DNA of 64,000 nt from an uncultured Acidimicrobiales bacterium (lineage in GTDB: Bacteria; Actinomycetota; Acidimicrobiia; Acidimicrobiales; JANYDT01): positions 497,262-561,261 of the forward strand of contig CAVXQD010000001.1 in the NCBI GenBank assembly GCA_963763885.1, written 5' to 3'. Under the pieces are notes generated by a model that did not search any database, was not told where the DNA came from, and saw only the letters and a list, made by a program, of their open reading frames with translations. A program made the position numbers and the translations under genes. Shown here in pieces: positions 9,236 through 17,687 of the stretch (its first letter is position 1; each line of letters begins with the position of its first letter).

Positions 9236-10774
9236 TTAGGCAGCGTTGATAGGTACGTAGACGATGAGCTCGTGCGAGGCCGCGTGGGCGGCCGCATCTT
9301 CAGCCCTCGTTATCAGAGACTGGTCGCTCTCCGACGTGCGTGACCGGATGGCTACCACTCGAAGCGAAATGAGGTCTGTTGCTTCATGACCACGCATTGG
9401 GGCCTGGAGGCGGTTTGCGATGCGCATCGCAAGCGCCTGGAGATCGGCGTGTCCAAACCGCCCGCGTGCTGCGATGACGAACCCTCGGTCGTCGTGGCGG
9501 TCGGCGTATTCGTGGTCACGGATGGCGGAACGCAAGCGACGTTCCAGAACACCCATTTCATAGTTCTCGTCTTCTTCGGTTTCGGCGGACAGTTCCACTT
9601 CAACCAGCAGCAGCGCAATCGACACCACAGCGTCCAGTCCGTCGCTATGCATCGCTTCCAGTTGGTCGGCGAGGATCTCTCGGGCTCCACCCGCCAGGCG
9701 TGGCCCCGTCATAAACGGCACCTCGATCTCGGCAACATCCAGCACTGGCTTGTCGAACAGTCCTGGTCCCTCGTCGACAACCTCAGCCACGGGCGAAGTA
9801 TCCGTGACGCCTGCAGTGTCGGTCGGCTCGGCAATTGGCTGGTTCTCTGGTGAGTCTGTCCTCGCCGCCGAGAGGACAGAAGCAATCACCGCACGCGTCC
9901 GTGGGTCGAGATCTGCGGATGCGGGAACTGTTGAGATGGCAACTGGTGATTCGGGTGCTGGTGATGCGAGTGCGCGGGGTGCCGTTGGTGTGACTGCTCC
10001 GGCGTTGGGGGCCAACTCCACTGGTGAGGCGTAACTCGCGGGGCCATTTTCGACACCTACGAGGACGAAACCATCCCGACCGGCGTTCAACGCGCAAAGT
10101 GCAACTGCGATCGGATGCTGTCCGCCCCGACAGTCGAGCAGTGTCCCGTGGGCTGCGAATGGCACCCCCGCAGCTACCGGACCCAAGGCACGTCCGAACT
10201 CGCCGACCAACTCCCGATTCAGAAGGCGCATCCACGTGGCAGGCCCGATGCCAGCTCCGATCTGGGGTTGCAGCAGTGCTCCGGTGAGCTCGCTCCACGC
10301 CTCGTTTGCTGCAATCAACGTGCACTGCCGATCGAGGCGCAGTACGAAGCATTGAGCATGTTCGCCTGTTGGACCGCTCGCTGGACCCCCGGCCTGTGCC
10401 GGCGGATTTCGTTTCTCGGAAAGTGATCGCAACATTGCGGTTGCGTCCTGGCTCGCCCACTCGACGGCCCGCCATGACGTCACATCTGTGAGAACAACTC
10501 GGACAGCGTCGCCTTCGCGTGCTGCAGTGAACTCGAAATCAATTGGCCGAGCCCTGTTTGCGTGGCTGAGCTGGATAAACGTATTTGCGATTACTTCTTC
10601 GGGCTGTTGTAGTGCCCGCCTGAAGGCGGCACGGTGCCTTGGGTCAACCAGATTGACAGCCGGGCCACCGACTACTTCTTCGGTGAGGCGGCCGAGGGCC
10701 GAGGCCGTGGACGGGGAGATATGGCGCACGATCCCACCGGCGTCGATGAGCACCACACCCCTGGTGTGTTCCAT
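9236..10774 (-). CDS. PAS-domain protein with a degenerate GGDEF-like C-terminal domain
   Basis: ATG 10774 gives MEHTRGVVLIDAGGIVRHISPSTASALG (PAS). A second PAS-like block is FVLRLDRQCTLIAANEAWSELTG. An Ala/Pro-rich linker follows. The C-terminus IALLLVEVEL...RHDDRGFVIAARG resembles a GGDEF fold with the motif replaced. The track ORF extends to 10996 through non-coding repeats. Confidence 0.6.
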   Translation of the reverse strand: MEHTRGVVLIDAGGIVRHISPSTASALGRLTEEVVGGPAVNLVDPRHRAAFRRALQQPEEVIANTFIQLSHANRARPIDFEFTAAREGDAVRVVLTDVTSWRAVEWASQDATAMLRSLSEKRNPPAQAGGPASGPTGEHAQCFVLRLDRQCTLIAANEAWSELTGALLQPQIGAGIGPATWMRLLNRELVGEFGRALGPVAAGVPFAAHGTLLDCRGGQHPIAVALCALNAGRDGFVLVGVENGPASYASPVELAPNAGAVTPTAPRALASPAPESPVAISTVPASADLDPRTRAVIASVLSAARTDSPENQPIAEPTDTAGVTDTSPVAEVVDEGPGLFDKPVLDVAEIEVPFMTGPRLAGGAREILADQLEAMHSDGLDAVVSIALLLVEVELSAETEEDENYEMGVLERRLRSAIRDHEYADRHDDRGFVIAARGRFGHADLQALAMRIANRLQAPMRGHEATDLISLRVVAIRSRTSESDQSLITRAEDAAAHAASHELIVYVPINAA

Positions 10775-10876
10775 CAACAGATGTTGGACGGCAACCGCGT
10801 GCGTCGGAAAGGTGCTGTGGCGCAGACGAGGAGTCACACTGGACCATCGGCGCGGCGGGCACACACCTTGACGGCT

Positions 10877-11031
10877 GTCGGTGGGGTTGGGGCCCCGGCG
10901 ACTATTCGGCATCACCACACGATGGTGGTGAGCGAACGCGGGAGGGAACGGAAACTGTTTTGAGTCCGTCGGTGGGGTTGGGGCCCCGCCGACCATTCGG
11001 CATCACCACACGATGGTGGTGAGCGAACGCG
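10877..11031. repeat. tandem direct repeat: two 64-nt copies (10877-10940 and 10968-11031) with a 91-nt period
   Basis: The copies are gtcggtggggttggggccccgGcgacTattcggcatcaccacacgatggtggtgagcgaacgcg and the same sequence with C and C at the two capitalised positions, so 62 of 64 match. Copy B ends 19 nt from the tRNA-Ala 3' end. Confidence 0.85.
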
Positions 11032-11050
11032 AACAGGGATATCCGAAGTG

Positions 11051-11123
11051 TGGAGCTAAGGGGATTCGAACCCCTGGCCTCTTCCATGCCATGGAAGCGC
11101 TCTGCCAACTGAGCTATAGCCCC
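11051..11123 (-). tRNA. tRNA-Ala (anticodon GGC)
   Basis: The minus-strand sequence is GGGGCTATAGCTCAGTTGGCAGAGCGCTTCCATGGCATGGAAGAGGCCAGGGGTTCGAATCCCCTTAGCTCCA. It folds as a cloverleaf with the G3:U70 alanine identity pair, anticodon loop AT-GGC-AT and T-loop TTCGAAT. CCA is not encoded. Confidence 0.95.
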
Positions 11124-11151
11124 GTGAGGGAGTTGCAAATTAGCACGCGAA

Positions 11152-12264
11152 TTAGGGGGCGATGGAGCGGTTCGTCGAAGGCACCTCGCAGGCCTGGCCC
11201 AGTTCAACCAGAACACTGACAGCGGGGTTGCCATGCCCTCCGGCTCCCCAGCTCGGGAAAACTGTTGAGTAGATCCCTGCTCCGCCGGCCATCAAAACCA
11301 GAATGTCCGCGGGTGAGGCTACGGATGGGAGTAGGTCGTCGTCGTTCCCACGACCCACGAATGCGGGGTTCAGCCCGCGCAGGACGGCACGTGGGTGCAT
11401 GGAAGCCTGAAAGATCTCCGTCTGGATGTCCCAGCGGCTCAGACCGGCTCCAGCGAGGATGGAGGCGTGCTCTGGATTCAACACAACCACTGCGGTGCCT
11501 CGATGAAAGAAGGCGTTGTTGGAACCCAGGTTGCCGACGGCGTGCCCAAGCGAACGAACGAGCCGATTGCTTGACGCTGGATCATCGGCATCTCCTACGG
11601 ACATCACCGAGTGCGGCGCCTCTGTCCCCACCACGGTGACCACTGCATCGTCGAGCCCGAAACCCAGCGATGTGTGGAGCGGCGGGAGGGGGGAGTGTTC
11701 CTCGTCCTCGGCCAGCACCATGCCTAATTTTCCTGCGTGCCCAAGCAGTGCCATGTCGCTGATGCCTGGACGCGCGCCGCCGATGTTGATCATCGCCAGG
11801 CGGATGGCGCGACCGATGCTCATGTTGGCCCGGTGTCCGGGAGCAAGCGCACCAAAGCCAGAAGCGATCCCACAAAAGTCCCGCGCCGGTCCGTTGACCA
11901 ACACCAACGGAGCGATGGAGTGCGTGGTGGATTGCACCTCCGAGAGATCGAATTCGGGCCGCAGCATTGCGCTGATTGCGGCAACCACCACGGGAACATG
12001 GTCTGGAAGACACCCGGCCATGACGGCGGCTATCGCGATCTTCTCCACGGTGGCTGCACCAAACGATGGCCCCATTTCGCCCAGCAGCAGATCGCCATCC
12101 ATCCCAGTTGCAAGGATCATGCGGTCCACGCGAGCGATGGTTGGGATGATGACCGGCAGGCCATCAGTACAGCCAGCGGAGTGAAGTGCCTCAAGCGCAG
12201 CGTGTTCGTCGGTCGCTTCGAGAAGCACCCGATTCGTGGCAACGTACGTGGACGTATTGCTCAT
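11152..12264 (-). CDS. conserved-looking hypothetical protein (370 aa), translationally coupled partner of the UGSC ORF
   Basis: A long ORF with protein-like composition (GLPVIIPT, EVQSTTHSIAPLVLVNGP, GHRANMSIGRAIRLAMINIGGARPG). Its ATG overlaps the upstream stop as ATGA. I do not recognise the family. Confidence 0.7.
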   Translation of the reverse strand: MSNTSTYVATNRVLLEATDEHAALEALHSAGCTDGLPVIIPTIARVDRMILATGMDGDLLLGEMGPSFGAATVEKIAIAAVMAGCLPDHVPVVVAAISAMLRPEFDLSEVQSTTHSIAPLVLVNGPARDFCGIASGFGALAPGHRANMSIGRAIRLAMINIGGARPGISDMALLGHAGKLGMVLAEDEEHSPLPPLHTSLGFGLDDAVVTVVGTEAPHSVMSVGDADDPASSNRLVRSLGHAVGNLGSNNAFFHRGTAVVVLNPEHASILAGAGLSRWDIQTEIFQASMHPRAVLRGLNPAFVGRGNDDDLLPSVASPADILVLMAGGAGIYSTVFPSWGAGGHGNPAVSVLVELGQACEVPSTNRSIAP

Positions 12265-12866
12265 TGTGGGTTAACCCCGTCGATCGCGTTGATGCCCAGC
12301 GCTGCCAGTATCCGTGGTGCAAACGAGCGTGCTACGGACTGCATCGCTTCGACTCCGGAGCCGGCAACTGGATGGGGGAGTTGGAGGCGGGGAAGCGACG
12401 GCATGCCCAACGATGCGCTGACAAAGTCACCTTGCGCCCAGAACGTCTCCGTGATGAGGGCAACAGTCGGAACGCCGAGTTTGGCCAAATTGATTCCGTC
12501 ACGCACGGTGCCGGAGGTGCAACTGCCTCAATGGCCGTATGCAGCGACAACCGCGTCGGCACCAGCAACAAGTGCGCTCAGTTGCTCTGCGCTGGCCACC
12601 GCAGACGCGTTGCCCTTGTTGTGGTGCTGGAACGTGGTGCCAAGCGGAAGCAGCGCAGCGAGGGCCGTCTCCACGTGCCCCAGAAAGGCTACGGAATCGG
12701 GAAAGCCGTTTGCGAACAGCCCAATGCGGATTGGGTCGCCTGCAGAGGGCGCTCGGAACTGCGCTGTGTACGGCACCGGCGCGGCTGCCGGCTGCGAACG
12801 CGGATCGAGAAACGTGACGGTTCCGTGGGGTCCGGTGGGCATTCCGTTTGGCATGCCATGGAGCAT
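12261..12866 (-). CDS. candidate selenoprotein with a UGSC (UxxC) motif; in-frame TGA at 12528-12530
   Basis: Track ORFs 12528..12974 and 12261..12506 are in the same frame (12530-12506 = 24). Read-through gives ...ALVAGADAVVAAYGH-U-GSC-TSGTVRDGINLAKLGVPTVALITETFW.... The first ATG after the map stop is 12866. I recall a curated family named UGSC family (seleno)protein of about this size, but only from memory. Confidence 0.6.
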
Positions 12867-12877
12867 GCCAGAGTGAC

Positions 12878-13825
12878 TCAGATTTTCGTAAGAATCTCGA
12901 CGCCGGTCTCGGTGACCAGCACGGTGTGTTCGAACTGAGCGGTGAGGCTGTTGTCGCCGGTGACCGCGGTCCATCCGTCTGGCCAGATGCTGTAGGTGGA
13001 GCCATCGCCGACCGCAATCATTGGTTCGATGGTGAAGGTCTGCCCGGCCTGCAGGCGTGTTCCAACCGAGCGGTCGAAGTAGTGGAGCACCGACGGTTCC
13101 ATGTGGAAGTTCTCGCCGATACCGTGCCCCACAAATGCTTCAACCACGGAGTACCCGTGCTTTTCGGCATGCTCCTGGATAACGCGGCCGATCTCATTGA
13201 GTTTGCTTCCGGGCCGGACAGTCTTGATGGCGAGGTACATGGACTCTTCGGTTACGGAGACCAATCGCTTGGTGGTGTCCCCAACTTCGCCGACGAAGAA
13301 GGTGGCCGAGCAGTCCCCGTGGACGCCGTCTTTGAACATGGACACGTCGATGTTGACGATGTCGCCTTCGGCCAACGGCCGGTCGTCTGGGATGCCGTGA
13401 CAAATGACTTCGTTGACCGAAGTGCAAACGGACTTTTGGTAGCTGCCGTAGCCGACGCAGCTGGGGTATCCACCGCGCCTGATGTAACCCTCATGCGCAA
13501 TGGCATCGAGTTCTTCGGTGGTGATGCCCGGTTTTACGTATGTGCCGGTCTCGGCGAGCACCTCAGCGGTGAGCGCAGACGTGCGCCGCATCCGCTGAAT
13601 GAGATCAGGTGTCTTGATCAGCGGGTAGTTGGTTTTGAGCGGCCGCCCACGGTTAGCGACGTAGTCAGGTGCCACGATATGACCGGGCACCGGGCGGCGC
13701 GCCGAAACGGTGCCGGGATACACGGTGCGTTCCCATGCCGCCGTCGAGGGCATCTCGCGGTGACAGCGTTTGAACTTCTTCCCTGACCCGCACCAGCACG
13801 GATCGTTTGATTTCGGTGCACCCAT
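12878..13825 (-). CDS. map: type I methionine aminopeptidase with an N-terminal SEC-C zinc motif
   Basis: GGAGAA lies before ATG 13825. The N-terminus is MGAPKSNDPCWCGSGKKFKRCH. The catalytic core includes GYPSCVGYGSYQKSVCTSVNEVICHGIP, DIVNIDV and FVGHGIG. The track ORF is over-extended to 14038. Confidence 0.9.
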   Translation of the reverse strand: MGAPKSNDPCWCGSGKKFKRCHREMPSTAAWERTVYPGTVSARRPVPGHIVAPDYVANRGRPLKTNYPLIKTPDLIQRMRRTSALTAEVLAETGTYVKPGITTEELDAIAHEGYIRRGGYPSCVGYGSYQKSVCTSVNEVICHGIPDDRPLAEGDIVNIDVSMFKDGVHGDCSATFFVGEVGDTTKRLVSVTEESMYLAIKTVRPGSKLNEIGRVIQEHAEKHGYSVVEAFVGHGIGENFHMEPSVLHYFDRSVGTRLQAGQTFTIEPMIAVGDGSTYSIWPDGWTAVTGDNSLTAQFEHTVLVTETGVEILTKI

Positions 13826-13918
13826 GGTTTCTCCAGTGTACCGGGGGGTCACGTGTGTTGAGCCGGTTGGTCTCAAACTTGTGCGGTCCAATGCCGCCCT
13901 GGCCCCTAACCTTGAATC

Positions 13919-16774
13919 ATGTCCTCGCAGCAAGCCAACCCAACCGACGATCAGCTGGCGTACCGTTACAACGCGCAACTCGCTGATCGGATCGAGACCG
14001 CTTGGCAAGACCGTTGGGAAGCTAGCGGAACGTTTCACACACCAAACCCGGTGGGTCCGCTCAGCGAAGGTTTTGCCGAGGTCGCCGGGGCCAAGAAGTT
14101 GTTTGTGATGGACATGTTCCCGTATCCCTCAGGGGCTGGTCTGCATGTCGGCCATCCACTCGGGTACATCGCAACCGATGTGTACGCCCGCTATAAGCGC
14201 ATGACCGGTTACAACGTGCTCCACACCATGGGCTACGACGCGTATGGCCTGCCCGCTGAACAACACGCAGTTGCCACCGGCCAGCACCCGCTCATCAACA
14301 CCGAGTCCAACATCGCCACCATGCGTCGCCAACTGCGTCGCCTCGGCCTTGGCCACGATTCGCGTCGCAGTGTCAGCACTACAGACAGAGCGTTCCTGGA
14401 GTTCACCCAGCGCATTTTCTTGAAGATCTTCAACTCTTGGTACGACCCAACCGCAATCAATCGTCTCGGCGGAGCCGGGCGGGCGCGCCCAATCGAAGAG
14501 CTTGTCGAGCAGTATCAGTCAGGTGCCCGACCCACTCCGGACGGGCGGCCGTGGTCAGAGATGGGCCAGCAAGATCAACGCGCGCTTATCGACCAGCATC
14601 GCCTTGTCTACGTGGCCGATGTTCCCGTCAACTGGTGTCCAGGGCTTGGCACCATCGTCGCCAACGAAGAGGTCACAGCTGATGGCCGCTCCGATCGCGG
14701 GAATTTTCCGGTGTTCAAGCGGAACATGCGTCAGTGGCTGATGCGCATCACGGCTTACGCAGACCGGCTGGTTGACGATCTCGACTTGGTGAACTGGCCA
14801 GAACCGGTTCGTCTGATGCAACGCAACTGGATCGGTCGGTCCGTCGGCGCTCGGGTCCGTTTCTCCAGCCCAGCAGGTGACATCGAAGTGTTCACCACTC
14901 GCCCAGACACCTTGTTCGGCGCAACGTTCATGGTGTTGTCGCCAGAGCATCCAATGGTTGATGCACTTACGGATCCATCGCAACGCGATGCCGTCGAGAA
15001 GTACCGCAGCGAAGCGGCAGCCAAGACCGACATCGACCGTCAGGACGAGGGTCGCGTCAAGACGGGCGTCGCTCTGGGCACAACCGCAAGGAACCCGGTG
15101 AACGGCGTCGAAGTCCCGGTGTGGATTGCGGATTACGTGCTGATGGGTTACGGAACGGGTGCCATTATGGCCGTGCCATCCGGAGACCAACGCGACTTCG
15201 AATTTGCACGTCAGTTCGGATTGCCGATCATTGCCACCATCCAGCCGCCGCAGGCTTGGTTCGACGCACAAGGAATCGAACCTTCCCTCGACACCTTGTC
15301 GTGGACGCATGCATACACCGCCGATGGGCCAGCGGTGCAGAGTCACAACGATTCGTTGACGCTTGATGGCCTCAGCAAGGCCGATGCCATCGCAGCCACC
15401 ATTGGGTGGTTGGAGTCACAGGGCGTTGGTTCGGCCACCGTCCAGACCAAGCTGCGTGACTGGCTATTCAGCCGCCAGCGGTACTGGGGCGAACCGTTCC
15501 CCATCGTGTACGACGAATACGGACCGGTTGGGCTGCCCGACGCAATGCTGCCCGTGGACCTGCCAGAGACCGATCAATTTGCGCCGCGTAGCTTCGACGC
15601 CAACGACTCCTCAAGCGAGCCGGAGCGTCCGCTGGACCGGCTGTCTGATTGGAAGCACGTCACGCTCGATCTGGGTGACGGCCACGGATCTCGAGTACTG
15701 GTCCGCGAGACCAACGTCATGCCTCAGTGGGCTGGTTCGTGTACTTACTATCTGCGCTACATAGATCCGACGCACGTCGAGTCGCTCAGCATCGAGGAGA
15801 ACCAGCGTTACTGGATGGGCGAAAACGGCGTCGACCTGTACGTGGGCGGGGTGGAGCATGCGGTGCTCCACCTGCTGTACTCGCGGTTCTGGCACAAGGT
15901 CCTGTTCGACCTTAATGAGGTGCACACCCCAGAGCCGTTTGGACGCCTGTTCAACCAGGGGTACATCCAGGCTCCTGCATTCACCGATCAGCGCGGCATT
16001 TACGTCGAGGCATCTGAGGTCACCGAGCATGGCGGACAGTTCATGCACGATGGCCTCCCGGTGAAGAGAGAGTTCGGCAAGATTGGTAAGAGCCTGAAAA
16101 ACATGGTTTCGCCTGACGACATGTATCAGGCCTACGGCGCCGACACGTTGCGTCTGTATGAGATGTCGATGGGACCTCTGGAGCAATCGAAACCTTGGGA
16201 CACCCGCGCAGTGAGCGGCTCGCTTCGATTGCTGCAACGCATCTGGCGTGTTGTCGTCGACGAGTTCAACGGAGAAGTCCGGGTTACCGAAGCGACACCA
16301 ACCACAGAGGACCTGCGTGCTTTGCATACGGCAATTGCCGGCGTCCGCGACTCGATGGACGCGCTTCGCCTCAACACACCTATTGCTCGCATCACTGAGC
16401 TCACCAACCACATCACCAGCACGTACGCATCTGGAGCACCACGTGCGCTGGCGGAGCCGCTGGTGCTCATGGTTGCGCCGTTCGCCCCGCACCTTGCTGA
16501 AGAGCTCTGGATGCACCTTGGCCACAAGCAGTCCCTGGTACGCCAGCCATTCCCGGAGTTCGACCCGGCAATGTTGGTCGCCGATACGGTCGACGTGCCG
16601 GTCCAGATCAACGGGAAGCTGCGCACGGTCCTGACACTTCCTGCAAGTACCACCGGTGCCGAGCTTGAACAAGCTGCGCTTGCCGATGACAAAGTGATTG
16701 CAGCGATAGAGGGCAAGTCCATCAAGAAGGTCATCGTGGTGCCCGGAAAAATGGTCAACGTCGTCGTCGGCTGA
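13919..16774 (+). CDS. leuS: leucine--tRNA ligase
   Basis: 951 aa. Motifs are [16 protein letters not shown] (HIGH) and [10 protein letters not shown] (KMSKS-like), with an editing-domain insertion. Confidence 0.97.
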   Translation: MSSQQANPTDDQLAYRYNAQLADRIETAWQDRWEASGTFHTPNPVGPLSEGFAEVAGAKKLFVMDMFPYPSGAGLHVGHPLGYIATDVYARYKRMTGYNVLHTMGYDAYGLPAEQHAVATGQHPLINTESNIATMRRQLRRLGLGHDSRRSVSTTDRAFLEFTQRIFLKIFNSWYDPTAINRLGGAGRARPIEELVEQYQSGARPTPDGRPWSEMGQQDQRALIDQHRLVYVADVPVNWCPGLGTIVANEEVTADGRSDRGNFPVFKRNMRQWLMRITAYADRLVDDLDLVNWPEPVRLMQRNWIGRSVGARVRFSSPAGDIEVFTTRPDTLFGATFMVLSPEHPMVDALTDPSQRDAVEKYRSEAAAKTDIDRQDEGRVKTGVALGTTARNPVNGVEVPVWIADYVLMGYGTGAIMAVPSGDQRDFEFARQFGLPIIATIQPPQAWFDAQGIEPSLDTLSWTHAYTADGPAVQSHNDSLTLDGLSKADAIAATIGWLESQGVGSATVQTKLRDWLFSRQRYWGEPFPIVYDEYGPVGLPDAMLPVDLPETDQFAPRSFDANDSSSEPERPLDRLSDWKHVTLDLGDGHGSRVLVRETNVMPQWAGSCTYYLRYIDPTHVESLSIEENQRYWMGENGVDLYVGGVEHAVLHLLYSRFWHKVLFDLNEVHTPEPFGRLFNQGYIQAPAFTDQRGIYVEASEVTEHGGQFMHDGLPVKREFGKIGKSLKNMVSPDDMYQAYGADTLRLYEMSMGPLEQSKPWDTRAVSGSLRLLQRIWRVVVDEFNGEVRVTEATPTTEDLRALHTAIAGVRDSMDALRLNTPIARITELTNHITSTYASGAPRALAEPLVLMVAPFAPHLAEELWMHLGHKQSLVRQPFPEFDPAMLVADTVDVPVQINGKLRTVLTLPASTTGAELEQAALADDKVIAAIEGKSIKKVIVVPGKMVNVVVG

Positions 16775-16829
16775 CGCGTCCAGCTACCTATGCGCCTGCT
16801 GCGCAGCGGCCAGAACTACGCTCGTTGCC

Positions 16830-17606
16830 GTGTTGAGCAATAGAGACCAAACCCGTACCCACTCATCGCGCCGTGTCCTGCTGTGCGCAGCAGCCATTCT
16901 CAGCGCAGCGGGGTTGCTCTCCGCATGCGGATCCGATGCTGCAGATACTGAAGCGCTTGACGTGAGTGTTCCGGTGGAATCCGTTCCAGGGGCGTCCGTT
17001 GCAGTTGCGGCACCTGGTTTCGGATCTGCACCATGCGTTCCAGGTGACGGGTCTGCACCTCAGCAGCGCACGTTTGCCGCTGCCCCGCAGAAGTGCATCG
17101 ACACCGCCAAGTCCTATGTGGCAACAATGAAGACGTCGCAGGGCACCATGGTCTTCGACCTGTTCGATGACACAGCCCCCGTGACGGTGAACAGCTTTGT
17201 CAACCTCGCCCGAGCCAAGTATTACGACGGGATTTACTTTCACCGTGTCGTTCCCAACTTCGTGCTTCAAGCTGGAGATCCCGGAGCTATCAGCGAAGCA
17301 GGTATCTCTGGAGCGGGAGCCGGTGGCCCGGGTTACTCCTTCGACGATGAACTGCCAGCCGCTGGCGCGTACAAAGTAGGCAGTCTCGCTATGGCCAATG
17401 CGGGTCCCAACACCAACGGAAGCCAGTTCTTCATCATCTCTGGAGAGAACGGCGCCACGCTGCCACCGAACTACGCGCTCTTCGGCCAGATGACCACTGA
17501 TGCCGGCAACCTCACAACGATGAACGCAATTGCCGCACTGGCGGTGACCGATGGACCGCCGACGCAGCCCGTCGTCATCGAGTCGCTCACCATCGCAGAG
17601 AAGTAG
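16830..17606 (+). CDS. cyclophilin-type peptidyl-prolyl isomerase, lipoprotein
   Basis: The lipobox is LLSACGSD. The cyclophilin core includes FHRVVPNFVLQAGDP and MANAGPNTNGSQFFI. Confidence 0.9.
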   Translation: MLSNRDQTRTHSSRRVLLCAAAILSAAGLLSACGSDAADTEALDVSVPVESVPGASVAVAAPGFGSAPCVPGDGSAPQQRTFAAAPQKCIDTAKSYVATMKTSQGTMVFDLFDDTAPVTVNSFVNLARAKYYDGIYFHRVVPNFVLQAGDPGAISEAGISGAGAGGPGYSFDDELPAAGAYKVGSLAMANAGPNTNGSQFFIISGENGATLPPNYALFGQMTTDAGNLTTMNAIAALAVTDGPPTQPVVIESLTIAEK

Positions 17607-17687
17607 TCCGCGGCGCGCCCCACCCGAGCTTTGCGCACGCGGTCGGGAGCGGATGTAACCATCTCGTTACCTGGCGGTCTGAAACGT

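Noticed and set aside
10877-11031. Whether the tandem element, or the 10-bp and 15-bp repeats at 36534 and 59212, could be a CRISPR array.
   Set aside because: There are only 2-3 copies. The spacers are either absent or a single 27-nt segment, no cas genes are present, and one repeat is in-frame coding sequence.
10902-11234. 110-aa ORF spanning the tRNA-Ala gene and one repeat copy, together with the N-terminal 74 aa of track ORF 9236..10996 that covers both repeat copies.
   Set aside because: It overlaps a bona fide tRNA, and the repeated peptide comes from a duplicated non-coding element. The PAS gene has a sensible internal start at 10774.
12503-12520. The stem-loop after the in-frame TGA, considered as a confident SECIS element.
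   Set aside because: It has only 4-5 base pairs and was folded by eye. It is kept as supporting detail in the selenoprotein finding, not as an independent feature.
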